From: Sminthopsis crassicaudata
Taxonomy: Eukaryota
Reading direction: 5' to 3'
Assembly (NCBI RefSeq): GCF_048593235.1
Contig: NC_133617.1
Coordinates: 393,766,067-393,830,066, forward strand
DNA: 64,000 nucleotides
The position numbers and the translations under genes were made by a program. Positions 47,002 to 58,800 of the stretch are shown piece after piece (position 1 is the first letter of the stretch; every line of letters begins with the position of its first letter). The notes under the pieces are model-generated. The model was not told the origin of the DNA, ran no database searches, and worked only from the letters and a program-made list of their open reading frames with translations.

Positions 47002-50000
47002 GTGAGCTGAGGGGCTGGGCAGCCTGACCCGATGAGCCTTCTCTCTCCCCTTTCCTCCTCTTCTCCTGTCCTGTCTTCCTAATCTCTTCTTTCTCTACGT
47101 GAAACATAGAATCTCCTACATGGAAGAGACCTTAAAGATTATCTAGTCCATACTCCATCTACCCCATCTCCACCTTTATTTTTAATCGGTGAGGAAAATT
47201 GAATTCAGGGAAGACAAATCTTGCCCAAAGTCACTTGTGGCAGAGCTGAGAATGGAATCCAGGGCTCGTGACTCTCCAGTTCCGGGCTGCCTTTGTCTCC
47301 CTCTATCCCCCAATTTTCTATCGACTTCCTTGAAGTGAAGGAGGCTCTGAGGAGAGGGAATTAGCATAGGATAAATTCAGCCAGTTGTGATGACCCCAAG
47401 GGGTCCCCAGAACATACCTTTGCCTGTTTGTTTTGAGGGTATCTCCCTTTAGCCCCGGTGTCCACCCTTCCTCCATTCCTCCTGAGAGCAACATGTGTAG
47501 CTCCTTCCTTGTCTTCACCCCTGCTGTACAGGGCTGTCCTGGGCTGCAGGGAACAACCCCACCATGGGGAACAGTTCTATCCTGGGGATTATCAGAACAG
47601 GGACTACCACCAAAGGGACCAACGCCACTACAGAGACCACCGTGGGGAACAATGCCATCACAGAGAACAATGGCACCCCGGCCAGCAACTCCATTCTGGG
47701 GAACAGTGCTACCACGGGGAACAACAGCACATTGGACTACAAAATCACCTTAGAGACCAAACATGTCTTGGGGAACAACGCTACCATGGGGAACAACAAT
47801 GCGGTTACAGGGATCAGTGCCATCACAGAGACCAAAATCTCGGGGATCAGCAATATCATGGGGAACAGTACCATCGCAGAGATCCATATCTACCTGGGGA
47901 GCAAAACCCGGGTGACCAACAGTATCACGGAGAGCACTACCGTCGCAGGGACCCTGGGGAACAAGAGCTCAGAGAGCAACGCTTCCATGGGGAACAGTGT
48001 CACCACCGGGAAGCGAACCTTGCAGATCAAGAATATCTTGGGGAATATCACCACCGACAGTCAAGCCCCGGGAAACAGCGATATCTTGGGGAGCCGTTCC
48101 ATCACCGAGACTCAAGCCACGGAGAACAACGGTACCTCGGAGAGCAGTTCCACCACCGCCACTCGAGCCACGCAGATCGCTACCTGGGGGACCAACGCCA
48201 TCACCCCAGAGAACGCTTACGGCACCCAGGAGAGCGTCTCCACGGGGACCAGCACACCCTTGGGGAACAGCACCTTCTTGGGGACCAGCGCCATCACAGA
48301 GAACAAAATCCTGGAGAATACCATCACCGAGAACACTGCCGTGGGGAACAGTTCCACCATAGAGAGCAATGCCATTCTGGAGAGCAGACTTACCACAGAG
48401 AACCTCGACACGGGGAGCAAAATTTCCGAGAACGTCACTCTGGGGAACGGCACCACAAGGAGCCGTGTCTCCATGGGGATCAGCGAAGACACCTTGGGGA
48501 ACAATGCTACCATGCATCAACTCTTGGGGAGCAATGCCACCATGGGGAGCGCCAGCACAGGGAGCAAAACCTTGGCGAGGACTATCAGCCCTTTGGAGGA
48601 AGACACACTGGTGAGTTAGAGCTACGGGGCTGGAGGGAGGGGATGCTATGATCCAAGGCTCTTTCTGAGTCATGTTCCTCCCATGTGCTCTCCTGGCTCT
48701 GAGCTCCTCCAGAAAAATAAAGGCAGCATCCACAGCCACCGACCGTACCACGGCTCTGTCTGGTGGTGAGGGTCACACAAGCAATGCCCTCCAAGGGCTT
48801 AGCAAACCCATGTCCTAGGAGGGAGCGGGGTGGGCCCGGCGCCATGATTTCTATGGCAGCAGGATCTTGCAATCAGGAAACTCCCTAACTACATAAAATA
48901 AGTACACAAATCAAACATTTGCTGATGAGAAATCATGACTTTGTGACCTCCATATTCAGCGATGAGACCCTTCATGGGCTGCAACCTTACAGTTTAAGAA
49001 GCTGGGTAATCTAAAGTTTGGTTCGAGTAGAAATTAAGTGATTTGCCTGGCCCGCACGCCTAGGATGGGTTAGAATAGAACATAAATCCAAGTTTTCCTT
49101 TCTGCAAGGCCAGCTCTGGAATACAGAACACTGCCTCTGAAAAAGGCTGTTACCAGTATTTATCATCCTCATCCTCATCAGAGCTGGAGTCCAGGGTATC
49201 TTGTGGCATGGGGAGGAACAGGCATATCAAGGACTAACATGAACTGAACCAGACTGGTTTGGGCTTGGGGATTTGCTTTTAACACATGGAGGAATTTGAC
49301 TCAAAGGAAAGAACTCTAAACTGGGTTCTGGTGGTACCTTTGCCCTTAATTTTCTGTTTGGAGCTAAAGTTTGCCTCCTTTCTCTGGGATTTGTTCTCAC
49401 TTTCTGTCAGATGAAAGTGATAGACACCTGTTTCCCTCTGGGGATTCCTTCAGAAATGACATAACTGTTGGGAATATGGTCTCTAAATTGTACAGCTCTG
49501 TATATAGATATGTATGAAGAATTATTATTCTAAAGACGTGGCCCATGTCTCTTCCTTCTCCTAGATCCCCCCAAAGCGTAACCCAGAATAGACAAGGAAG
49601 TGGCTTAGGAAAGATGGCAGGATGGTGGGGAGTAAAGCCAAGATTCATCTCATCAGATATTCCTTGTTTCTTTTCTCTCTTAGTGCCGGGATTCTGGGAT
49701 AAACGGTGAGTGTCTAATCTCTCAGATGCACATACTTTCTATTTTCCTTGGGACATTCTGAGTCAAGAATCCTCACTATACTTCCCTTTTTCTCCCCATC
49801 AGAAACAGCACTGTGCCGTGGTGAGCTCAGGTAAGGAGCACATTATTTTGCTTTTTGGGGGGCAAGGCAGTCGCAGGGGTGGGAGGTCACATAGCCAGTA
49901 AGTGTTGAGATTTGATTTAGATCCTCCTAGCTCCAGGGCCAGTGCTCTATCCACTGTGCTACTTAGTTTCTGATCAGGCCAGACCAGGATCTCGGGTGGG

Positions 50001-51812
50001 AGGGAGGCAGTTGAAAGCTATCCAGGGATCCAGGAGTCGGGATCCACGGGCCAGAAACCAAGGCTCTGGGGAACAGAGGGTGGGAATCCTGAAAGTTAGA
50101 AACCAGGGGAGCCAGAGCTCCAGGGGGTAAGGATTTAGGGAGAAAGGGGTAAGAGTGCTGTGGAACTGGGGGCTCTTTGGGTTGGGGGAGTTAAAGAGGA
50201 ATTCAGCACCTTCATTGTTGGGACTCCAGAAGTTATCTCTATGGAAGAAATGTGCTTACATTTATATTTTTCCTAAAAAGCAGTCATTCATTCAATCAAC
50301 AAGCATTTTTTTCTTTTTAAATAATAGCTTTTTATTTTCAAAATATATGCAAAGATAGTTTTCAATATCAATCTTGCAAAACCTTGTTTTCCCAATTCTT
50401 TTCCCTCCTTTCCCCCCATCCCCTCCCCTAGACAACAAGCAATCCAATATATGTTAAACACCAACATTTATTCATTGTTCCCCTCTGGACTTCTCAGTTC
50501 ATATCCTATTTTATAGTGACTTCTTCCTACTCCCCTACCTCCCATTTTTGTGTTCTAAAACCTTCAGACTTAGCTTTTTTATCTCTCCTGCTTGTTCTTC
50601 CACTTAAAGGATGGGCAGAGATAGTGGCCCCTATTCAGGTCAGGTGTTTTGAGGCCACAAAATCTCCCCAACTCTGCCCCCAGCACAGCCTCTGCCCTCA
50701 CTTGTATCCCAGGGACCAGGGAAAAACAAAACTAGGCTGGGATATGTCTCCTCCTTCAGACATCTCTCCCCTTCCCCTGGTCTTTGAGAAATCTTCCTTT
50801 TCTGTCCCTTTCCCACTACAAACCACCTTTGGTCCAAACCCCCCCTACACTCTCTTTGCCTGGAAGGAGAAAGTCTTAGTGCCTCAGTACATCCAGCTAT
50901 TCCTACACCTATTTCTAGCAGAACGCCTTCCAAGCAAGCCCAGTTCTCTTAAACCCTTCACTCCTTCCTCTCTCTGACAAACTTATCCTGGTCCTCACTC
51001 TTTCATCTACTCTTAGCATCCTCAGCACACCAGCAGCAGGAGGTCTGCTGCACTTGGCAAAGGACTTCTAACCCAGCCAGCAAAAAAGGCAAAAAAGCAA
51101 AGACTCTTTTGTAAAGCCTTTGAATGAATGAGTGTGTGTGTGAGTGAGTGATTGAGTGAGTGGAAAAGCATTAAGTAATTACTATGTACAAAGCCCTGTG
51201 CTAAGCTCTGGGTATACAAATAGAAAAGTAAGACTATTCTTGGTCTCAAATAGGGAGGAGGGTTTGGCTCTGAGTTAAATGGAAAGGTTTCATAGTTATT
51301 AAGATGTAATGGAAGAACTTTGCCATTTTTCAGGTATATAGACACAAAACTAAATCTCATAGTCTTTTGCTGTTAACTGTCCCGTGTTTCCTGCTGGGAA
51401 GTCCAGGGATAGCCATAAAGGACATTGAAAGGAGAGGAAATAATAGGTTCCTAATAAGAAAGTAGTGTTTCCTGAGTTCTAAGCATGCTCTGTGGCTTCT
51501 CAAAGGAAGAAGGGAGCAGGTAGGAGAGTATGGATCATATTAAGTTATATACTACACCTATCTACTCTCTCAACAGGGAACCCCGGAAAGGTAAGGAAAG
51601 TAGGGGAAGCAGTATCCTTCAGTCCCTGAAGCCCTGAGTCTCCCAGTGAGTCCCAGGAGATCTTGATTTCCAGTGAAAAGTGTCTGCATTCATTCCAGAC
51701 TTTTAATGATAGTGTTTAGCTTATGGAGAGGGACCAATGGTCAAGTAGAGGCTAGATGAGATGACCATAGAGTGATTCAGTGATTCTCATTCTCTCTGTC
51801 TCTCTGTCTCTC

Positions 51813-51887
<75 letters not shown>

Positions 51888-54800
51888 GTATCTCAGCTCT
51901 GGAGAAAGTGCCGAAAACATCAGCCTAAGGGATTTTATCTGCCAAAAGGTGAGTAGGAGGTCCTGTTGGACACCGATTCCCAGCCTTTCTCTTCTGCCAT
52001 GTCCTCTCTTCTGGCTGCTTGGAGACTAGAAATCTCATCTCCAAAGTCCTATTTCTGCTCTCCAAAGGCCCTAGCTCCCTATACCTCTGACCTTGAAAAT
52101 CCCACACAGTCTCCTGGCTTTGGGGGAATGTGTTTAGATGGAGCCCGTTTCCTTTTCCATTTGTCCCAATGGTTCTGGGAATTCTCTCCTAGTTTCTTGC
52201 TTTAATTTCTCCTCAAAAGCCCTGGGATGAGGTGGCCTTGAGCAAATTATAAACTTTCTGGGCCTCCATTTCTTTATCTCTAAGATTCATGGGTTGGACT
52301 AAGTAATTAGATGATGAAGTGGATAGAGCACTGATAGAGCTCTGGGTCTGGAGTCAGGAAGACTTGAATTCCAACCCAGCCTCAAATACTCATTAGCAGT
52401 GCCACCTTGCACAAACCATTTTGTTTCTATTTGCCTCAGTTTTTTTCAGCTGTAAAATGGGGATAATAGTAGTACTGATTGCCCAGAGTTGTTGTGAGGA
52501 CTTAATGAGAGTATTTGTAAAGCATTTAGGCTAGTGCCTGGCACATAATAGGTGCTATATAAATCCTGGCTGCTATTATTATTTTTCTATGCATATAATT
52601 ATTATTTTATTATATGTATAATATTATTTGTGAATAGTAATATTATTATTATTCTATGAAACAGCTTTCTGGAGAGAAAACACACAGGCTCTGCACTTAG
52701 CTCTGCAATCTCCTATCTGTGATTTTAGCTACAGTTTCTTCATCTGTAAGATGAAGGGGTTAATCTCAGTGGTCTCTAACAATACTCTCAAGTCTGGATC
52801 TTTAACTTTATGGTCTCTAAGGTGTTTTATTTTAAAAAATGATTCTCTTATTTTTAAAATACACATTTCTTTATGAATCAGATATTTTACTTTTCTAGAA
52901 ATCTTTTGAATTAGGAAGTTATGAGAAGTAGAGGACTGTGGGGCAGGGGTCAGAACATCAAGGGTAGGGGGTCCTGTGGAGGAAGAGAAGAGCCTTGCAG
53001 GGCATAGGGAAGGTGGCAAAGTCTTGAAAACAAGCTTTGACAAGTGGTTTTGTGAAGCAGCAAACCAGGGGATGGGTATATGGGAGGGTTGTGGGTAGAA
53101 GTGAAGGGGGGGTTAGTTCTGTAGCCTGCTTGAAATTGCCCTCTGGATTCTGATTCCCAGAGAGCCCAAGGGTCACCGCTGAACAGAGAAGAACTAGAAG
53201 TGAGACTGAGCAGGGCCAAGTGTAAGGATCCAGGGATAATACAGACCCTGGCCCTAATCTTTAGCTATGCCAACCTCAAAGAACTCCAAGACATTCTTGT
53301 CCAGGTACCTGTGGGAGACCTCCTGAGGGACGGGGTGGGAGACGGAAGGATGGGCTCCGGGCAGGGGACCGGGCAATGTCTGGCGTTTCACAAATCCTAG
53401 TGACCCAGGATTTTTAACACATCTTCTCTAGCTCTCAGGCTGAGTGATGTGGTGAGGGGAGGGAGCTGCACCCAGGAAATGGCCTGGCATTTAGACTGTC
53501 TGCTACCTTTCCTTGGGTCTCTTGCCTCTGTTTTCCTTTGGAAGTCCCTGGCTGGGGGGGGGAGGCCCTGGGCTGCCCACAGACAAGTGGATAACATGTT
53601 TTGGGGAAAATACTTGTGTTTGTTTCAGCTGAATGGCTCTCTCTGCCACGCTGCCACTAGGAAAGCTTTGTGGACCCTTATGCTACAGGGACGACTGGAT
53701 TTTAAGGATACCCCATCCCTGCGCTGGTGGTTCCAGGATTTCCTCCAGCCCTTTCTGACATCACTGTCCAGAGATGAACGATGCTTCCCCCTCAATACCC
53801 TGAACTGCAAACAATACCAGGCTTTGTAGGTTTGCTAGACACTGGATTCTTTTTCCATCTTCCCAGAACCCAGATGGGGAGGCTAATCAAAATCAACAAC
53901 TTTATTTCCCCCAACATAGAAGGTGTTTGGGCTTTATTTTCTCAAAATACAGAACCGATCGTTCTGGGTTGTGGCTGGGAGGTGGGAGGGAGAAATAGAG
54001 AAGGGGAGATGGCTCTGTACTTAAGGAAGCCCTTCGTCTATGGCCCTTGGTGCCCCATAGTTCTTTGCTCCTTACCCTTAGGGAGCCCCCTGGGAGTATG
54101 AGGGAAGATAGTATTCTTGTCCTCGGGGAGCCTTGGCCTGGGCAGGTTGAAATATAACCCCCATCCTCGGAGAGTTAAATCTCAGTAGAAGACCCTTCTC
54201 CCATCCTTGGGAAATATTTGGTCTGAGATCTGCATTCTCTACCCCTTCCCCTACCAGGAATCTTTCATTTTAAGGGAAAGTATGGTCCCTGCTCATTCAA
54301 AAGGCCACATGGCTCCCATAAGTCTGAAGGAGAACCACATCCCTGTTTTTGTTACTGAAGGAGATAACATCTCCCCCTCCTGGGGGAGCCTGCAGTGTGA
54401 GAGCAAGACATGATCCTCCATCAGGGAGCCTCCAGTTGTAGGTAGAGATATGGCCTCTGCCCTCAGAGAGCCCCTTCCAGAGGGGACTTGTTCTTGGGGT
54501 GCTCCCAAGCTGCCCCTTATCCTTAGGGAGCCCCCTGAGGGAGCCCTTAGCATGAGAGACAGACATCATTTTTGCCCTTTCTCCTTTCTGATGGGGAGAT
54601 GTAGCTCTTGCTTCTAAGGAGCCCCCAAACTGAGGGAGGAGACAGAGTCCTCATGTCTGAAGGGGAGATAATGGCCTCCACTCCCAGGGAACTTGCCTGA
54701 GGAAGAGAGAAATGGCTCTGGCCCTCAGGGAACCCCCTTCCTAAGAGAAAAATAAATCAAATCTGTCTAAACACTCACAGTGAGGCCCGGTATCACCAGA

Positions 54801-55841
54801 AGCAGAACCTGGAGACAGACTTACATTACTGGGCACAGAAACTGTTTTCCCAATCAGGTTCCCATCCTAAAGCCTCATGTGTCCTGTCTCATTCTCACAC
54901 ACATTTCCATTAAAGGCTCGAATCTGTCTCTTCGCTAAGGGTAGAAAAGCAAGGAATTAGTGGTTTACTTAGAACCTGCCAGCCCTGTCCCATCAGTCCA
55001 GTTAAATCCTGCACATGCCCTGTCTCTCTGTGGCTGCTGTTTCAATTCTCACAAAAGTCTCCAACTATCTTGTGAAAATACCTTGCTCACTGCAAGATTC
55101 CATACGGATGTGAGTAGAAGAGCATGAGAGGATTAATACAAGTATATGGGAGAATTCACAAGGAAAAGACCTGAAGCTGTTATTGGACCACAAGCTGCAT
55201 ACAAATCAATAGTGTCATTGATTTTTAGGGAAAAAAAAAGCAAATGTGTTCTTAGATTACATTAATAGACGCGTAGACGCGTCTTGTCTAGAAAAAGAGA
55301 AGTTTTCACCTCCCATCCCATCGCCTGTGAGAACACAACTGGAATATTGCTTCCAGTTCTGGACACCACATTTTAGGAAGAATATTAATAAACTGAAGTG
55401 TGTCCAAAAGAGTGATCCGGGGAGCCATAACTACAACAGACATGGATCATTTGAAGAAATTGGATATTTCAGAGTCTGGGTGGAGGGGGGTCAGTCATAT
55501 GGAAGAGGTATCTTTAGCCTTGCTCTACTTGGCTCCTTGTTAACAATTAGCAATAAGGTAGCAAACTCTCTGTCATGGGAGGACGTCAAGCAAGCCCTAG
55601 ATAACCAGTCTCTGAGGGAGTTATCCTGAGGATTTCTTTCTGTGTTGAGACTGAACTAGGTAAGCCCTTCTATGGAGAGAGATTCCACCCAGCCTAGATC
55701 AGTCTAGATTACAGCATCAGATTACTGATACTGTTTGTTTTCCCCTTTATCACCAGTCTAGTCTCCTGCTTATATCCCATCTCCTACAGGTACCTCTCTT
55801 ACTCTAACCTGGAGCAGGGGAAGATGTCTTCCCCCCCATAT

Positions 55842-55889
<48 letters not shown>

Positions 55890-58800
55890 GCAGGTATGCT
55901 ATCATTGTTCTCTCTGATGGGGACGATGAAGCAGGGGTCATCTAAGGATCTTGTTGGGGGGATGTTGGGGTCTTGGACCATGTGAGTATCTGCTTTTCTA
56001 AAATATAGGCAGGTATGCTATCATTGTTCTCTCTGATGGGGATGATGAAGCAGGGGTCATCTAAGGATCTTGTTGGGGGGATGTTGGGGTCTTGGACCAT
56101 GTGAGTATCTGCTTTTCTAAAAAGCCCCTGGGGTTGTGTCCCAGTGTTCAAGTGCTGGACATGGAATTTGAGGGGATGAGCCAAGAGACCCAAGAAGCTG
56201 TCTACACAACTTTCCAGCGGCCTGTCCTGACACGCCTGAACACCAGTGGTGAGGATCCTTCACCCACTTTCTCCTCCTCTTGGCTTTATAGTGGAGGAAA
56301 AAATGAGTTCGGAAGGCATAGGAGAGTGGAAAGTGGTAGTAGTGAAGGGAGGTGAGTGGGTGGGATGGCAAAAGGGGATACAAAGCAGAAGGGGAAATAT
56401 ATAGAACTTGGGAGCTGATGGAAAGAGAATAGAAAAAAGGAATGAAAAATGAACCTAAGAGGGGAAAAAAAAGTTGGAAATGGAAACTAGAGAAGGAAAT
56501 CAAAGTAGCCTGGTAGAAAGGGACTGAGAAAATCTAGATGGCTGCTTATCCGTTCTTTCCCCTTCTGCCCCCTTCATTTCACCTCCCATCTCTGCCCTAA
56601 TGCTGGTTGCCCACCCCACATGTCCTACCATGGATGTATCCCATCTGAAACAGGGAGGGGAAGGACTACTGGTGATGTGCCATGTCTCTGCCAGGGCTAA
56701 GCTGCGTTCCAGAGGCCAACAGCAGCACAGCCTGGTTGGATGCTAACCTGGGCCGATTTAGCCAATATGCCACCTATGAGGACCTGGTTACTTTCAACAC
56801 TGAGTTTGATGGGGTAAGTCCCAGTATGAGGAATGAACAGAGTAATCGAGCAATTTTGGATTCCAGAGGTACCTAAGAGTTCCTAGTGGTCAGCCATGTT
56901 CATCCCAAGACTTAAAGGGCAATTCTGGTCCATGGAAAAGGATGAAGATCTCCAATAGAGTCATCCCATAATGGTCCTCTGTTACCAAATCCAGAGCTGT
57001 TTTTGTTCTATCCCACTGCTGGGAGTGAGATGGGGAACTAGGATGAATGTGGAGGTAGTTAGTCACTGGCCACATTTAGAATCTCCTGAGTTCCAGAATC
57101 AGTTTCTAGGGTTAGAGAGAATTCTGAGTTAGTCTGGAGCTGGGTTGGTTTAGAACCAATTTAAGAAGTTAGTTAAATATATTGAATTACATGCCATCTA
57201 GGAGAGGGGGAGGGGAGAAAGGGGGGAAATTGGAACACAAGGATTTCAAGGGTCAGTGTTAAAAAATTATGCTTGCATATGTTTTGAAAATAAAAAAACC
57301 AACAGAAAATTAAATAAATGAAAAGAAGTTAAAATGAGGTGATTTAGGCCAATTTCAATTAGAGATAGCCATCTGCATCCAGAAAGATGACAATAGGAAC
57401 TGAATGTGGATCACAAAATATTTTCACCTTTTTTGTTGTTTGCTTTTTTTTCCTCATTTTTTCCCTTTTGATCTGCTTTTCCTTGGGCAGCATTATAAAT
57501 GTGGAAATATGTTTAGAAGAATTGCACATGTTTAACTATATTAGATTACTTGCTGTTTAGGGGAGGGAGAAAAAATTGGAACACAAGCTTTTCCAAAGGT
57601 GAATGTTGAACATTATATTTCCATGTATTTTGAAAATAAAAAATTATTATTGAAAAAAAATAGGAAACTTTTGATGGTAAAAAAAAAGTTAAGATCCAGG
57701 GGCTGGTCTCAGTCTGTGGCTTGCATTAAGACTCTGTCTTAGGCCAGGGCTGGAGCTAGAGTTGAAGGTGGCCCCCGTTAGAAGTAGTTTCCATTTAGAG
57801 CTAAGGCCTGAGGTGTTCTGGGACTGGGGTCTACACATAAAAATAGGAGTCAGTTTAGGGCCAGATTAGAGGTCTTAAGATCACAGAGCTAGAAAAGGAT
57901 AGGTTCTCAAAGGCCAGATAGTCCAGCCCTCTCATTTTATAGAACAGGAATGATTAACTCAAAGTCACACCAAAGGCAGAACCAGACATTGGACCCGGTT
58001 CTCTGATTACAGAGGCACTGTGCTTTTCACCTTTCTTCCTGTGTCCAGATCAGATACTGTTTCAGAGTCTAGATTTTGGCCTGGGATGGGGTTGCATCTC
58101 TAGGTTAGCTGCGGCCAGAGTTAGAGGGCGGTCTGTGTCCTAAATTGTATCAGCCTTTGCCTGGGCTTGGATCTCAAAATGAGAGGCAGCCTGGATAACG
58201 GAGAGAGGTTAAATCAGCTGCTCCCCAAGTCTGTGCATAACTAGAGATAGGGGTCAGTCCCGAGTCTAGGAGTCATTTTGGTACCCAGTTTTCCCCAGTG
58301 GAAAAATAACTGATGAGTTAAGGGGATTCCCCTTGACCTTGACTGAGACAATTAATCTCTTCCCCAGAGTTTTGGCTGCTGGCTATTGCTTGACGCCACC
58401 TAGAGGCCTCTTTCCTAAGAGTCAGAGCTCCGTCAGTTACTGCTCTCCCATCCCAGAGGATGCTCCAAGTTGGCTTAGTCTAACCCCTTTATCTTCCTTC
58501 CCCCTTGGCTCGTCCCCAGCTCCAAGTCCTGGACCAGCTCACTTTGAGGCAGCTGGCCCAGCTTGCAGCCGCCAGAGGTGCCTTAAATGAGACCATGGTG
58601 GAGGGATTTCCAAACAACTTCCCTCGTCAGGTAAGGACCGCTGTGGCCTCCATCACTCACAGCTGACCTCAGGCCCCAGCTGGACCCTCCAGAATCTTCC
58701 CACTAATGCTAGGAAGGGCTGAAAGGTGCAGAAGGGATGGAGGGCAGGGCAAGTGAAATCCAGACACCTGTCTGTGGTCAGCCTGGCTGGCGGAAATGGG

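Noticed and set aside
47969-48751. 260-aa antisense ORF and third-frame sense ORFs over the large exon
   Set aside because: They cover only part of the exon, are broken by stops, and lack splice or start support. They mirror the repeat.
49803-49820. Alternative 18-nt exon using the donor GTG|GTGAGC
   Set aside because: It puts exon 51897 in a frame with TAA. The 28-nt version keeps the frame open.
58333-58590. 85-aa ORF with an acceptor at 58367
   Set aside because: Wrong phase: it hits a stop in phase 0. The real exon is 58520-58630 in another frame.
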